64,000 nt of DNA from Candidatus Spongiisociaceae bacterium (GTDB taxonomy: Bacteria > Actinomycetota > Acidimicrobiia > Spongiisociales > Spongiisociaceae): the NCBI GenBank assembly GCA_965202665.1, contig OZ241841.1:453743-517742 (forward strand). Direction: 5' to 3'. Position numbers and translations under genes: made by a program. Positions 46,093-56,300 of the stretch are shown piece after piece. Numbering within the stretch: the first letter of the stretch is position 1; each line of letters opens with the position of its first letter. The notes under the pieces are model-generated. The model made no database searches. It saw only the letters and a list, made by a program, of their open reading frames with translations, and was not told the origin of the DNA.

Positions 46093-49000
46093 TTATGATT
46101 CTCCGGTGGTAGTGGGGGCTTGGTTGATTACTCTTACGAAGAAGGATGCCATCTGCGCCCGGGTTACCGGATTGTTGGGGCAGTACCTGAGGGGGGGCGT
46201 GGTGGTGCATCCTCTGGTCACTTCGCTTTCGGCTATGCCTTCGATAGCACGCACCACCGCTGCGTCCAGGTTGGCGGTGTCGGCGAACAGGTTTTGGGAT
46301 TCGGATACGGCTTGGATGTGGGGGAAAGCGGCGACCATCATGACGGCCATGTCGGCTCGGGTGACTATGCCGCGGGGGTTGAAGTTCCCGTCGTTTAGCT
46401 GGAAGGCTCCGATGCTGACTAGCCAGTTGGCGTAGGGGCGGTAGCTGGCGTCGGCGGGGACGTCGTTGATTGTTATTCCGGTGGGGATTTGGATGGGCCA
46501 GCGGGGGTTGACTGCGCGGTAGATGAAGGTGGCCATTTGCCGGCGGGTGATTTGGGCGCTGGGGCAGTATTTGGTGGGGTCGTTGGCGTCGCATCCGATG
46601 GTTATTCCCCATTCGGCCATTAGCGCGATGTTGGGTTCGTGGACGCTGCCGTCGTCATCGCAGAACCGTCCCTGGCAGACCACCGGCGCAGGCGGCGGCG
46701 CAACCGGCGGGGCGGGCCCAGCAGGCGGCGGGGCCCCTCCTCCGGCGGGGGGCGGGGCTCCTCCGCCTCCAGCGGCGGGTGGCGGGGCGGCCGGCGGCGG
46801 CGCACCCCCTCCTCCTCCGCCCCCTCCACCACCTCCACCTCCTCCGCCACCACCACTACCGGTGGGTGCGCTTGGTGTGCTGGTTGGGGGCGGCGGGGGC
46901 GGCGGCGGGGGTGCGCTGTTGCGGATGGTGAGGACGGCGGGGGTGATGGTGAAGTCGGCGGCGGTTCCGGTTATTTGGAGGGTTTCGTTTGGTTCGGGGC
47001 CGTCGGTGTTGGGGATGGTTATGTTGAAGGTTGCGCTACCGGTTTGTGTCGCGGGGCGGATGGTTATGGTAGTGGGTTGGTTGGTGATTTGGTAGTCGTC
47101 GTTGGGGGTGGCGGTGCTGTCGGGGCCGGGGATGGTTATAGCCACAGAGGTGGCTTCAGAGCGGGTGGTGGTACCATCCAGCCGTGCGGTGATGGTGATC
47201 TGACGGTTGGTTTGTCCTTCGGGTAGGCTGGCGGGGTTGACGGTGAGGGTGATACCGGTGGGTGGATCGTCGTTGTCTTTGATAGTAAACGCGGCGGGTT
47301 CGATGGTGATTCCGGCGGAGGTTCCGGTTATCTGTACGGTTTCATCCGGTTCATCGATGCTGTCGTCGGTGATAGGCAGGCTGAGGGTTCGGGTGGCACT
47401 GTTTTGATTAGCGAGGATGGTTAGGGGGGTGAGGGCGGGGGCGGTGTAGTCGGCGGCGACGGCGGTTCCACCGAAGGCCAGGTTTATGGTGTGGGGGTTG
47501 GGGAGAGTTTCCCCGGTCGGGTAAGCGGCTTGTAGGGTTACGGACGTGTTGGTGTCTCCTTCGGTCCCTTGGTTTGGGGTGAGGGTTAGGGTAACGGTCA
47601 GGTCGTCGTCGATGAGGGTGAGGGTATCTTGCGCGATAGTGAAACCGGCGAGCGTTCCACCGGCGACGGTCAGCGTTTCCGGCCCCTCAAAGTTGTTGTC
47701 GTTATATGTTCCGTCGGTTTTGAGCAGGAAAGTGTCGGTGCCGCTGTTTTGATAGCCGGGGATTTCCACATTGAAGGCATCCACCGTTTCATAGTCAGTT
47801 CCCTCAGTTGCTTCCCCAGCAGCCGTTTTACCGACCACGATCGGGACGAAGGTAGCGGCGGAACGGGTGGCTGTTCCCTGGAAGGTGGCTACCACCCGCA
47901 CCCGGGTTTCTTCGTTTTCATGGGCTTCGGTGAGGTGTTCCCCACTACTGTCGGCACGGGTGCTGTGCAGGGAGAGAATGATAGCAGTGGGAGGGCCGTC
48001 GTTGTCGTTGATGGTGAGGGCGGCGGCTACCGTGTGATAATCCACATTGTTGATTGTTACATGACTGCCGTCGATGATTATCCTTCTCGCCGGTTCATCG
48101 ACGTTGTCATCGTTCACCGTAATATCTATATCCACATAACCGGTTTTGGTACCGGCGGCGATGGTGATACCGGCGGCGTAGCCGGAAGGGGTTCCGCTCG
48201 GTTTAGAGGGCCAGGCCACCCGGTAGTCCTCCCGGTTGGTCCAAACCCGGTTGGAGTCCGCGGTGGCGGTGCTGTCCTCGTCGATCTCCAAACCCACTAC
48301 CACACCCCCGGTAGGGGCGTTCACCGGCAGGGTAGCGGTAACCCGCACAGTGGTTGTTCCGCTGTTTTCCGCCAACGCGGACACCGCGCTGCTATTGGAG
48401 GGGTTGGTCAGGGCCAGCCGGATGCCGCTGTCCGCGATGTTAATGGTGGCGGCATCGGAGGTGGATGTTCCGGCTACGGTGGCCGAACCGCTGATTTTCA
48501 CCGTTTCCGCAGTAGTTTCCGCATCAGTATCAACCCGGGCGGTCAGCTGAAACGACCCCGCATGATGATGCTGCCCAGCCGGAATGCGGATAGTGAACGA
48601 GTTGCCCGTCTGGTCGGTGCACACATCTTCAGTCATCAACGGAGAACATGCCGTCGCCACCGTAGCCCCGTTGGAGTCCCCGGCCGCTACCGTCACCGTC
48701 ACGTCAGTGTTGGTTGCCAGCGCGGAGGAGGTCGCTCCCGCGAACCCGGCGGTCACCGTTACGTTGTGGGCGTCGGTGCTTTCCGTTACTCTCCCCGGCG
48801 AGGCGGTTACTTCCAAAGCGGTGTCGCTGGCCCCGATAGTCAACGTATCCGGGGTAATCCCCACGCCGCTGTTCCCCGACGTCCCCGCGATCCTGAACGT
48901 TTCCGCCAACTCCGTCACCGCATCATCGGTAACCAACAGGCCCGTCAAGTTCGTCCAAGCGCTCTGCGTTTGCCCGGCGGGGATGGACACCGTAACCGGG

Positions 49001-52000
49001 GTAGCGGGAGGCGTGAAATCGATTCCCCCCGCCTCAGCCGACGCCGGCGACAAAGCCTCCGCAGTCACCCGCACCTGCAAAGCAGACCCTAAATCGTTGC
49101 TGGTAGCAGTAGCGAACGCCGCCCTTACCCGCACCGCGACCGTCTCGCCCTCCGACAAGGTTTTCTGATTCCCGCTTTCCACGCCGTCAGTATCCGCTGT
49201 CAGGGTTACGTCTAGATCGTCGTCGGTGATGACCAGCGTCGTTCCGCTGACCGCGAACCCCCCGGCGGTGCCGTCGATGTTGATGGTTTCCGCGTCCTCG
49301 GCGATGGTGTCCCCTGTTATCAGCAAACCAGACAAAGCGACCGCGGAGCTGGTGGTGGCGGAGGCGGGGATGGTCACCGTTACCGCAGTGCCTGGTGCGG
49401 TGAAATCCGCCGCTTCCGCGTTTTCGCCCGCCCCGAACGACAAAGTTACGTCGGTGGCTTGGGTGAGAGAGGAACTGGACACCCCCGCGAATGAGGCGGT
49501 AACGGTCACCGCTCCGGCGTTGGCGTCTCTTTCATCCACCGTGGACTGACTGAGAGCCAAAACGATCGTTTCCAGAATGGGCAGGTCAGCGACTGCGACC
49601 GCCGGTAGATACCCGGTGGCGGAAGCGGTGAAACGGATGGTTTCCGCTCCCTCCATTGTCCCGTCATCCCGGGGAGTGAGCACGACATCCGCCGTCCCGC
49701 TGGTATCACCGCTGTTGATGGTAATAGGCGCCGTAGCGGCCCCGCGGGTGTAATCCCCGGTTGCCCCCAGAGTGGCGGTCCCGCCCGCGGCTCCTACGTT
49801 TACCGTGACTGTAGTGTTGGACGCGGCGGCTTTGCCGAGGGTGGCTTTCACCCGCACCGTCTGCGCGCCTCCGTTCTCGGTAATCCCCGACAGAGCAGGG
49901 GCGTCGCTGGACGGCTCGTGGAACGACAAAGTAAGTGCCCGGGTTGGGTCGTATACTTCCAGCTGGGCGGGGGTTACCGAGCCTATGGTGGTGGTACCGG
50001 TGAGTTTCAGGTTTTCTATGTCCTCGTTGTTGTCCATGTCATTGCGGGCTTGCAGTTGGAAGGAACCCGAGGCGTTGAGGTCCCCGGCGGGGATGCTGAC
50101 CGTGAACTGATTGTTCGTCTGATTAGTACACACATCCGCCGCTGTCGGCGTTATGGAACATACCGCTGAATCTACCGTCGCGCCGTTGGTGTCCCCCGCC
50201 CCGACCGTGACTGTCACCGGGGTGGCCGCTGACAGTACCGAGGTGGCTCCTTGGAAGCGGGCGGTTACCGTTATCTGATGAGCCGCCGCTTGTTCCACCA
50301 CCCCGGTAGGCGACGCCGACAGCGTCACGTCAACATCGTCGTCGACGATGGTCACCTTCTCTGAAGCCACCGTCGCTCCGCCTGTTGCGGTGCCGGTGAT
50401 GAGGAACGTTTCCGCTCCTTCCGCTATCGTGTCATCCGCTACCGACAACCCGGTTAGGTTCACCCAGCCGCTTTGCAGGGCGGTTCCGGTGGGTATCGTC
50501 ACCGTCGCCGCCGCGCCGGGGGCGGTGAAATCGACACCCCCGCCGGTAGCTGACACCGGCGAACCCTCCCCGGCGGTTACTTGAATCTGGTAAGCAGCGG
50601 ACAGGTCGTTGGTAGTAGCGGTGGTGAACGCGGCCCGTACCCGCACCGCCGCCGTTTCCCCCTCCGGCAAAGTTTGCTGCTCCCCGGTGGCGCTGTCGGT
50701 GTCCGCGGTTAACGTAACTCCCAGGTCGTCGTCGGTTATGGTCAGCTCCGTTCCGCTCACCCCGAACCCGTCCGCCGTTCCCCCAACATCGATTTTCTCC
50801 TCCCCTTCCGCGATCGTATCCCCCGTAATCAACAAACCGGTCAAAGCGGCGGCGGAACTGGAGGTGGAACCAGCCGGGATGCTCAACGTGAGCGCGGCGC
50901 CCGGGGCGGTGAAATCCAGCGTCTCCGCCTCCTCACCCGCACCGAACGACAACGTAACAGCCGTCGCCCCGGTTAGCGTCGAAGAAGACGCCCCCGCAAA
51001 CGCCGCGGTTACCGTCGCCGCCCCCGCGTTTGTTGCGCTCTCGCCTATTGATGACTGACTGAGCGTCAACTCAATCGTTTCCGTGATCTTCAAATCAGCG
51101 GGAAAAATAGTGAACCCGGCAGCGGAACCGGTGAACCTAATCGTCTCCGCTCCCTCCACCACCGTGTCCGACAAACCGGTGATCGTCGCATCCGCCGTAC
51201 CAGACGACTCACCCGACGCAATCGTCACATCCACCGTTCCCGATCCCGGGTCGAAGTCGCCGCTCGTGCACGACCGCCCCGGACCGCTCCCCGTGCACGT
51301 CCCCAACGTCGCCGTACCCCCCGCAGACCCCACATTCACGCTGATCGTCGTGTCCGAGGTCACCGCCGCCCCCGCAGTGGCCTTCACCCGCACCGTCTGC
51401 GCCCCCCCATCCTCCGCGATCCCCGCCAAAACAGCCTCCCCCGCCGCCGCCTCATGAAAAGACAAATTAACCTTCGTCCCCGCATCGATAATCGGCAAAT
51501 CCGCCGACTCCACTACTACCGCCGACCCGCCCACCGACGCCGAACCCGACACCCTAAGCTTCTCCCCCGACTCACCCGCACCATCATCAGGAACCGTCAC
51601 CGAAAACGTAGCGCTCGCCGACGTACCACCCGCCGGAATAGAAATCGTCGTCGCATTGCCCGTCAAACTGGTACAAGCATCATTCCCGCCGGCCACCGGA
51701 CACGCCGACGACAAAGAAGCCCCACCCGCCCCCGCCACCGACACCGCCACAGCAGTCGCAGTTGTCAGGATCGACGACGACCCTTTGAACCGGGCCGTCA
51801 CCGTAACCTGACGCGCCGCCGCCTGCTCCTCCACCGACGACAAAGACCACCCCAACTCAATATCAGCATCATCATCATAAATCGTCAACTCCGACTCCGC
51901 AATCGTGTACTCAGAACCCAAACTAGACGTCCCCCCGCCAAACGTCAACGTCTCCGGCCCCTCCACCACCGCATCATCAACCACCGACAAACCCGCCAAC

Positions 52001-53241
52001 GACCCATTACCGCTCTTCACCGCGCCAGCGGGAATAGAAAACGTGCTCGCAGACGACGAAACATAATTGACATCCGCGTCCCCCGCCTCCCCCGCCGCCG
52101 GCGAAGCCTTCTCATCCACCGACAAAACAGCCGTCGTCGCCGACGCATGAGTCGACGACCCAACCCCATCCGGCCACCCCGCCCACGCCACCACCCCCGA
52201 ACCCGACGCCCCCTCCGCCAACACAGACTGATTCCCCTCAGTTTCACTATCGGTGTCCACCCTGAACACCACCTGCGAATCCACCAAATCCCTAATAATC
52301 ACCGGGCCTCTCTCCACCGTAAACCCCGCGACAGAGCCATAAACCCCTAACCGTATGTGCACCCGGTCCGCATCTGCGGTATTATTCGCATGCAAACCGT
52401 AATAATAATTACTGGTGGTAGAGGTTAACCTACCACCCGAAAAGTTTAAAAACCTCTTTTCTGATGGGTGCCATTTATTTCTTGAATTTATGCCTGAAGA
52501 GATAGTGCCAAGCTGTATAAAGTGATTCCACACCTGTACTGAGTTTGCCGGATCGAGTGATTTGTTCTGAGTTTGTATTGTTCCTGTGTATGTAGAAGAT
52601 GTAGAAGAAGTGAACCGGCCACCCGACAAACCTCCCAAAGTACCAGTAGCATTAACATAAATTCTATTTTGATACGTAGCCGCCTCGTATACCACAATCG
52701 GGCTGATTTTGATAGTCCGATCCTGATCCGTAATAGTCAAATCAGTCGGAGAGACCGTATACCCAGCAACGGTGGTAGTACCGGTCAACCGGATTGTCTC
52801 ATGATCCTCTGTAATCCTATCCGACCGCAGAAAGAGTGTAGCGTCAAAAGGATAAGTATAGCTAGTAGCACCCGCCCTAATAGTTATACTAGGAGGCGCG
52901 CCCCTAATACAGTAATCACCAGCAGAGCAAACCCACCTCGAAGGACGACCCTGTCTTCGCTCCTCGTAAGATGTCGCATCACGCGCTACTCCTTGAGTGG
53001 CGGTACCACTTATCAAAGAATTGACATTCACCCGCAAATCGGAGGACGGCGCCGAGGGCACCGACGCCTTCAACCGCAAAGCCTTCGTACCGCTGTCCTC
53101 CCCCACCGAGGTCACCGGGTTGCCCGCAGGATCAACCCAACTGAGCGTAATCGCCGTCTGCGCCCCCACCACCGCAGGCGCGGCCGGCAACACCGACAGG
53201 ACCAAACCCGCCGCCAACGCCAACAGCCCCAGCCGCCGCAT
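46093..53241 (-). CDS. Giant SLH-anchored cell-surface protein, paralog D
   Basis: 2382 aa, starting MRRLGLLALAAGLVLSVLPAAPAVVGAQTA. It is nearly identical to paralog E over most of its length. It has a (G)18 linker and an A/D/E-type SLH anchor. Confidence 0.85.
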   Translation of the reverse strand: MRRLGLLALAAGLVLSVLPAAPAVVGAQTAITLSWVDPAGNPVTSVGEDSGTKALRLKASVPSAPSSDLRVNVNSLISGTATQGVARDATSYEERRQGRPSRWVCSAGDYCIRGAPPSITIRAGATSYTYPFDATLFLRSDRITEDHETIRLTGTTTVAGYTVSPTDLTITDQDRTIKISPIVVYEAATYQNRIYVNATGTLGGLSGGRFTSSTSSTYTGTIQTQNKSLDPANSVQVWNHFIQLGTISSGINSRNKWHPSEKRFLNFSGGRLTSTTSNYYYGLHANNTADADRVHIRLGVYGSVAGFTVERGPVIIRDLVDSQVVFRVDTDSETEGNQSVLAEGASGSGVVAWAGWPDGVGSSTHASATTAVLSVDEKASPAAGEAGDADVNYVSSSASTFSIPAGAVKSGNGSLAGLSVVDDAVVEGPETLTFGGGTSSLGSEYTIAESELTIYDDDADIELGWSLSSVEEQAAARQVTVTARFKGSSSILTTATAVAVSVAGAGGASLSSACPVAGGNDACTSLTGNATTISIPAGGTSASATFSVTVPDDGAGESGEKLRVSGSASVGGSAVVVESADLPIIDAGTKVNLSFHEAAAGEAVLAGIAEDGGAQTVRVKATAGAAVTSDTTISVNVGSAGGTATLGTCTGSGPGRSCTSGDFDPGSGTVDVTIASGESSGTADATITGLSDTVVEGAETIRFTGSAAGFTIFPADLKITETIELTLSQSSIGESATNAGAATVTAAFAGASSSTLTGATAVTLSFGAGEEAETLDFTAPGAALTLSIPAGSTSSSAAALTGLLITGDTIAEGEEKIDVGGTADGFGVSGTELTITDDDLGVTLTADTDSATGEQQTLPEGETAAVRVRAAFTTATTNDLSAAYQIQVTAGEGSPVSATGGGVDFTAPGAAATVTIPTGTALQSGWVNLTGLSVADDTIAEGAETFLITGTATGGATVASEKVTIVDDDVDVTLSASPTGVVEQAAAHQITVTARFQGATSVLSAATPVTVTVGAGDTNGATVDSAVCSITPTAADVCTNQTNNQFTVSIPAGDLNASGSFQLQARNDMDNNEDIENLKLTGTTTIGSVTPAQLEVYDPTRALTLSFHEPSSDAPALSGITENGGAQTVRVKATLGKAAASNTTVTVNVGAAGGTATLGATGDYTRGAATAPITINSGDTSGTADVVLTPRDDGTMEGAETIRFTASATGYLPAVAVADLPILETIVLALSQSTVDERDANAGAVTVTASFAGVSSSSLTQATDVTLSFGAGENAEAADFTAPGTAVTVTIPASATTSSAVALSGLLITGDTIAEDAETINIDGTAGGFAVSGTTLVITDDDLDVTLTADTDGVESGNQKTLSEGETVAVRVRAAFATATSNDLGSALQVRVTAEALSPASAEAGGIDFTPPATPVTVSIPAGQTQSAWTNLTGLLVTDDAVTELAETFRIAGTSGNSGVGITPDTLTIGASDTALEVTASPGRVTESTDAHNVTVTAGFAGATSSALATNTDVTVTVAAGDSNGATVATACSPLMTEDVCTDQTGNSFTIRIPAGQHHHAGSFQLTARVDTDAETTAETVKISGSATVAGTSTSDAATINIADSGIRLALTNPSNSSAVSALAENSGTTTVRVTATLPVNAPTGGVVVGLEIDEDSTATADSNRVWTNREDYRVAWPSKPSGTPSGYAAGITIAAGTKTGYVDIDITVNDDNVDEPARRIIIDGSHVTINNVDYHTVAAALTINDNDGPPTAIILSLHSTRADSSGEHLTEAHENEETRVRVVATFQGTATRSAATFVPIVVGKTAAGEATEGTDYETVDAFNVEIPGYQNSGTDTFLLKTDGTYNDNNFEGPETLTVAGGTLAGFTIAQDTLTLIDDDLTVTLTLTPNQGTEGDTNTSVTLQAAYPTGETLPNPHTINLAFGGTAVAADYTAPALTPLTILANQNSATRTLSLPITDDSIDEPDETVQITGTSAGITIEPAAFTIKDNDDPPTGITLTVNPASLPEGQTNRQITITARLDGTTTRSEATSVAITIPGPDSTATPNDDYQITNQPTTITIRPATQTGSATFNITIPNTDGPEPNETLQITGTAADFTITPAVLTIRNSAPPPPPPPPPTSTPSAPTGSGGGGGGGGGGGGGGGGGAPPPAAPPPAAGGGGAPPPAGGGAPPPAGPAPPVAPPPAPVVCQGRFCDDDGSVHEPNIALMAEWGITIGCDANDPTKYCPSAQITRRQMATFIYRAVNPRWPIQIPTGITINDVPADASYRPYANWLVSIGAFQLNDGNFNPRGIVTRADMAVMMVAAFPHIQAVSESQNLFADTANLDAAVVRAIEGIAESEVTRGCTTTPPLRYCPNNPVTRAQMASFFVRVINQAPTTTGES

Positions 53242-53298
53242 TCTCCAACCTCCATACTCGCTTCCGGCCAGCCCGTAAAACAGGACCGATTACGGGAA

Positions 53299-53325
53299 AC
53301 GCTACCCCCCCCCCCAATTTGTCAA
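53299..53325 (-). promoter_or_regulatory. Promoter-like element of paralog D: TTGACA-aatt-G11-TAGCGT (15-bp spacer)
   Basis: The + strand reads acgcta C11 aatt tgtcaa. Confidence 0.5.
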
Positions 53326-53364
53326 ATCAACCCCCGATGAGGGCGTCGACGTTGCCTAGCTGGC

Positions 53365-56300
53365 TCAACCCGATTCTTCGGTGGTGGTGGGGGCTTGGTT
53401 GATTACTCTTACGAAGAAGGACGCCATCTGGGCGCGGGTTACCGGATTGTTGGGGCAGTATCTGAGAGGCGGCGTGGTGGTGCATCCTCTGGTCACTTCG
53501 CTTTCGGCTATGCCTTCTATGGCCCTTACCACGGCCGCGTCCAGGTTGGCGGTGTCGGCGAACAGGTTTTGGGATTCGGATACGGCTTGGATGTGGGGGA
53601 AAGCAGCTACCATCATGACCGCCATGTCGGCTCGGGTTACTATGCCCCTGGGGTTGAAGTTCCCGTCGTCTAGTTGGAAGGCCCCGATGGATACTAGCCA
53701 GTTGGCGTAGGGGCGGTAGCTGGCGTCGGCGGGGACGTCGTTGATTGTTACGCCGGTGGGGATTTGGATGGGCCAGCGGGGGTTGACGGCGCGGTAGATG
53801 AAGGTGGCCATTTGCCTGCGGGTGATTTGGGCGCTGGGGCAGTATTTGGTGGGGTCGTTGGCGTCGCATCCGATGGTTATTCCCCATTCGGCCATTAGCG
53901 CGATGTTGGGTTCGTGGACGCTGCCGTCGTCGTCGCAGAACCGACCCTGACAGGCCACCGGCGCGGGAGGCGGCGGTGCGGGCGCGGCGGGCCCAGCCGG
54001 GGGTGGGGCCCCTCCTCCTGCGGCGGGAGGCGGGGCTCCGCCTCCTCCTCCTCCGGCGGCGGGGGGCGGCGCGGCCGGCGGCGGCGCGCCTCCACCGCCT
54101 CCTCCGCCGCCGGTGGGTGGGTTGGGGGTGGTGGTTGGTGGCGGCGGGGGCGGGGGCGGGGGTGCGCTGTTGCGGATGGTGAGAACGGCGGGGGTGATGG
54201 TGAACCCGGCGAGGGTTCCGTTTATTTGGAGGGTTTCGTTTGGTTCGGGGCCGTCGGTGTTGGGGATGGTTATGTTGAAAGTTGCGGTTCCGGTTTGCGT
54301 TGCGGGGCGGATGGTTATGGTGGTGGGCTGGTTGGTGATTTGGTAGTCGGCGGGGGTGGTGGTGCTGTCGGGGCCGGGGATGGTTATAGCCACGGAGGTG
54401 GTTTCAGATCGGGTGGTGGAGCCGTCCAGCCGGGCGGTGATGGTGATCTGACGGTTGTTTGCTCCTTCGTCTAAGCCGGATGGGCTGGTGGTGAGGGTGA
54501 TGCCGGTGGGTGGGTCGTCGTTGTCTTTGATAGTGAAGGTGGCGGGGGTGATAGTGATTCCGGCGGAGGTTCCAGTTATCTGTACGGTTTCATCCGGTTC
54601 ATCGATGCTGTCATCGGTGATAGGCAAGCTGAGGGTTCGGGTAACGCTGTTTTGATTAGCGAGGATGGTTAGGGGGGTGAGGGCGGGGGCGGTGTAGTCG
54701 GCTCCGGCGGTGGCGGTTCCTCCGAGGGCCAGGGTTATGGTGTGGGGGTTGGGGAGGGTCTCCCCGGTCGGGTAGGCGGCTTGTAGGGTTACGGACGTGT
54801 TGGTGTCTCCTTCGGTCCCTTGGTTCGGGGTGAGGGTGAGTGTAACGGTCAGGTCGTCGTCGATGAGGGTGAGGGTATCTTGCGCGATCGTGAATCCGGC
54901 GAGCGTTCCACCGGCGACGGTTAGCGTTTCCGGGCCCTCAAAGTTGTTGTCGTTGTATGTTCCGTCGGTTTTGAGCAGGAAAGTATCGGTGCCGCTGTTT
55001 TGGTAGCCGGGGATTTCCACATTGAAGTCGGCTACCGTTTGGTAGTCGGTTCCTTCGGTGGCTTCCCCGGTTTTGCCAACCACGATGGGGACGAAGGTGG
55101 CGGCGGAGCGGGTGGCTGTTCCCTGGAAGGTAGCTACCACCCGCACCCGGGTTTCTTCGTTTTCATGGGCTTCGGTGAGGTGTTCCCCACTACTGTCGGC
55201 CCGGGTGCTGTGCAAGGTGAGAGTGACAGCAGTGGGAGGGCCGTCGTTGTCGTTGATGGTGAGAGCGGCGGCTACCGTGTGATAATCCACATTGTTGATT
55301 GTTACATGACTGCCGTCGATGATTATCCTTCTTGTCGGTTCGTCGACGTTGTCATCGTTTACCGTAATATCTATATCCACGTAGCCGGTTTTGGTACCGG
55401 CGGCGATGGTGATACCGGTGTTGTAGCCGGAGGGGGTTCCGCTCGGTTTAGAGGGCCAGGCCACTCGGTAGTCTTCCCGGTTGGTCCAAACCCGGTTGGA
55501 GTCCGCGGTGGCGGTGCTGTCCTCGTCGATCTCCAAACCCACCACCACACCGCCGGTAGGGGCGTTCACCGGCAGGGTAGCGGTAACCCGCACAGTGGTT
55601 GTTCCGCTGTTTTCCGCCAACGCGGACACCGCGCTGTTGCTGGAGGGGTTGGTCAGGACAAGCCGGATGCCGCTGTCCGCGATGTTGATAGTCGTAGAAT
55701 CGGAGGCGGCTGTTCCGGCGACGGTGGCCGAACCGCTGATTTTCACCGTTTCCGCAGTAGTTTCCGCATCAGTATCAACCCGGGCGGTCAGCTGAAACGA
55801 CCCCGTATGATGATGCTGACCAGCCGGAATGCGGATAGTGAACGAGTTGCCCGTCTGGTCGGTGCACACATCTTCAGTCATCGACGGAGAGCATGCCGTC
55901 GCCACCGTCGCTCCGTTGGAATCCCCGGCCGCTACCGTAACCGTCACGTCGGTGTTGGTTGCCAGCGCGGAGGAGGTCGCTCCGGCGAACCCGGCGGTGA
56001 CCGTTATGTTGTGGGCGTCGGTGCTTTCCGTCACCCTCCCCGGCGACGCGGTTACCTCCAAAGCGGTGTCGCTGGCCCCGATAGTCAACGTATCCGGGGT
56101 AATCCCCACGCCGCTGTTCACCGACGTCCCCGCGATTCTGAACGTTTCCGCCAACTCCGTCACCGCATCATCCGTAACCAACAGGCCCGTCAAGTTCGTC
56201 CAGGCGCTTTGGGTTTGCCCGGCGGGGATGGACACCGTGACCGGGGTGGCGGGAGGGGTGAAATCTATTCCCCCCGCCTCAGCCGACGCCGGCGACAAAG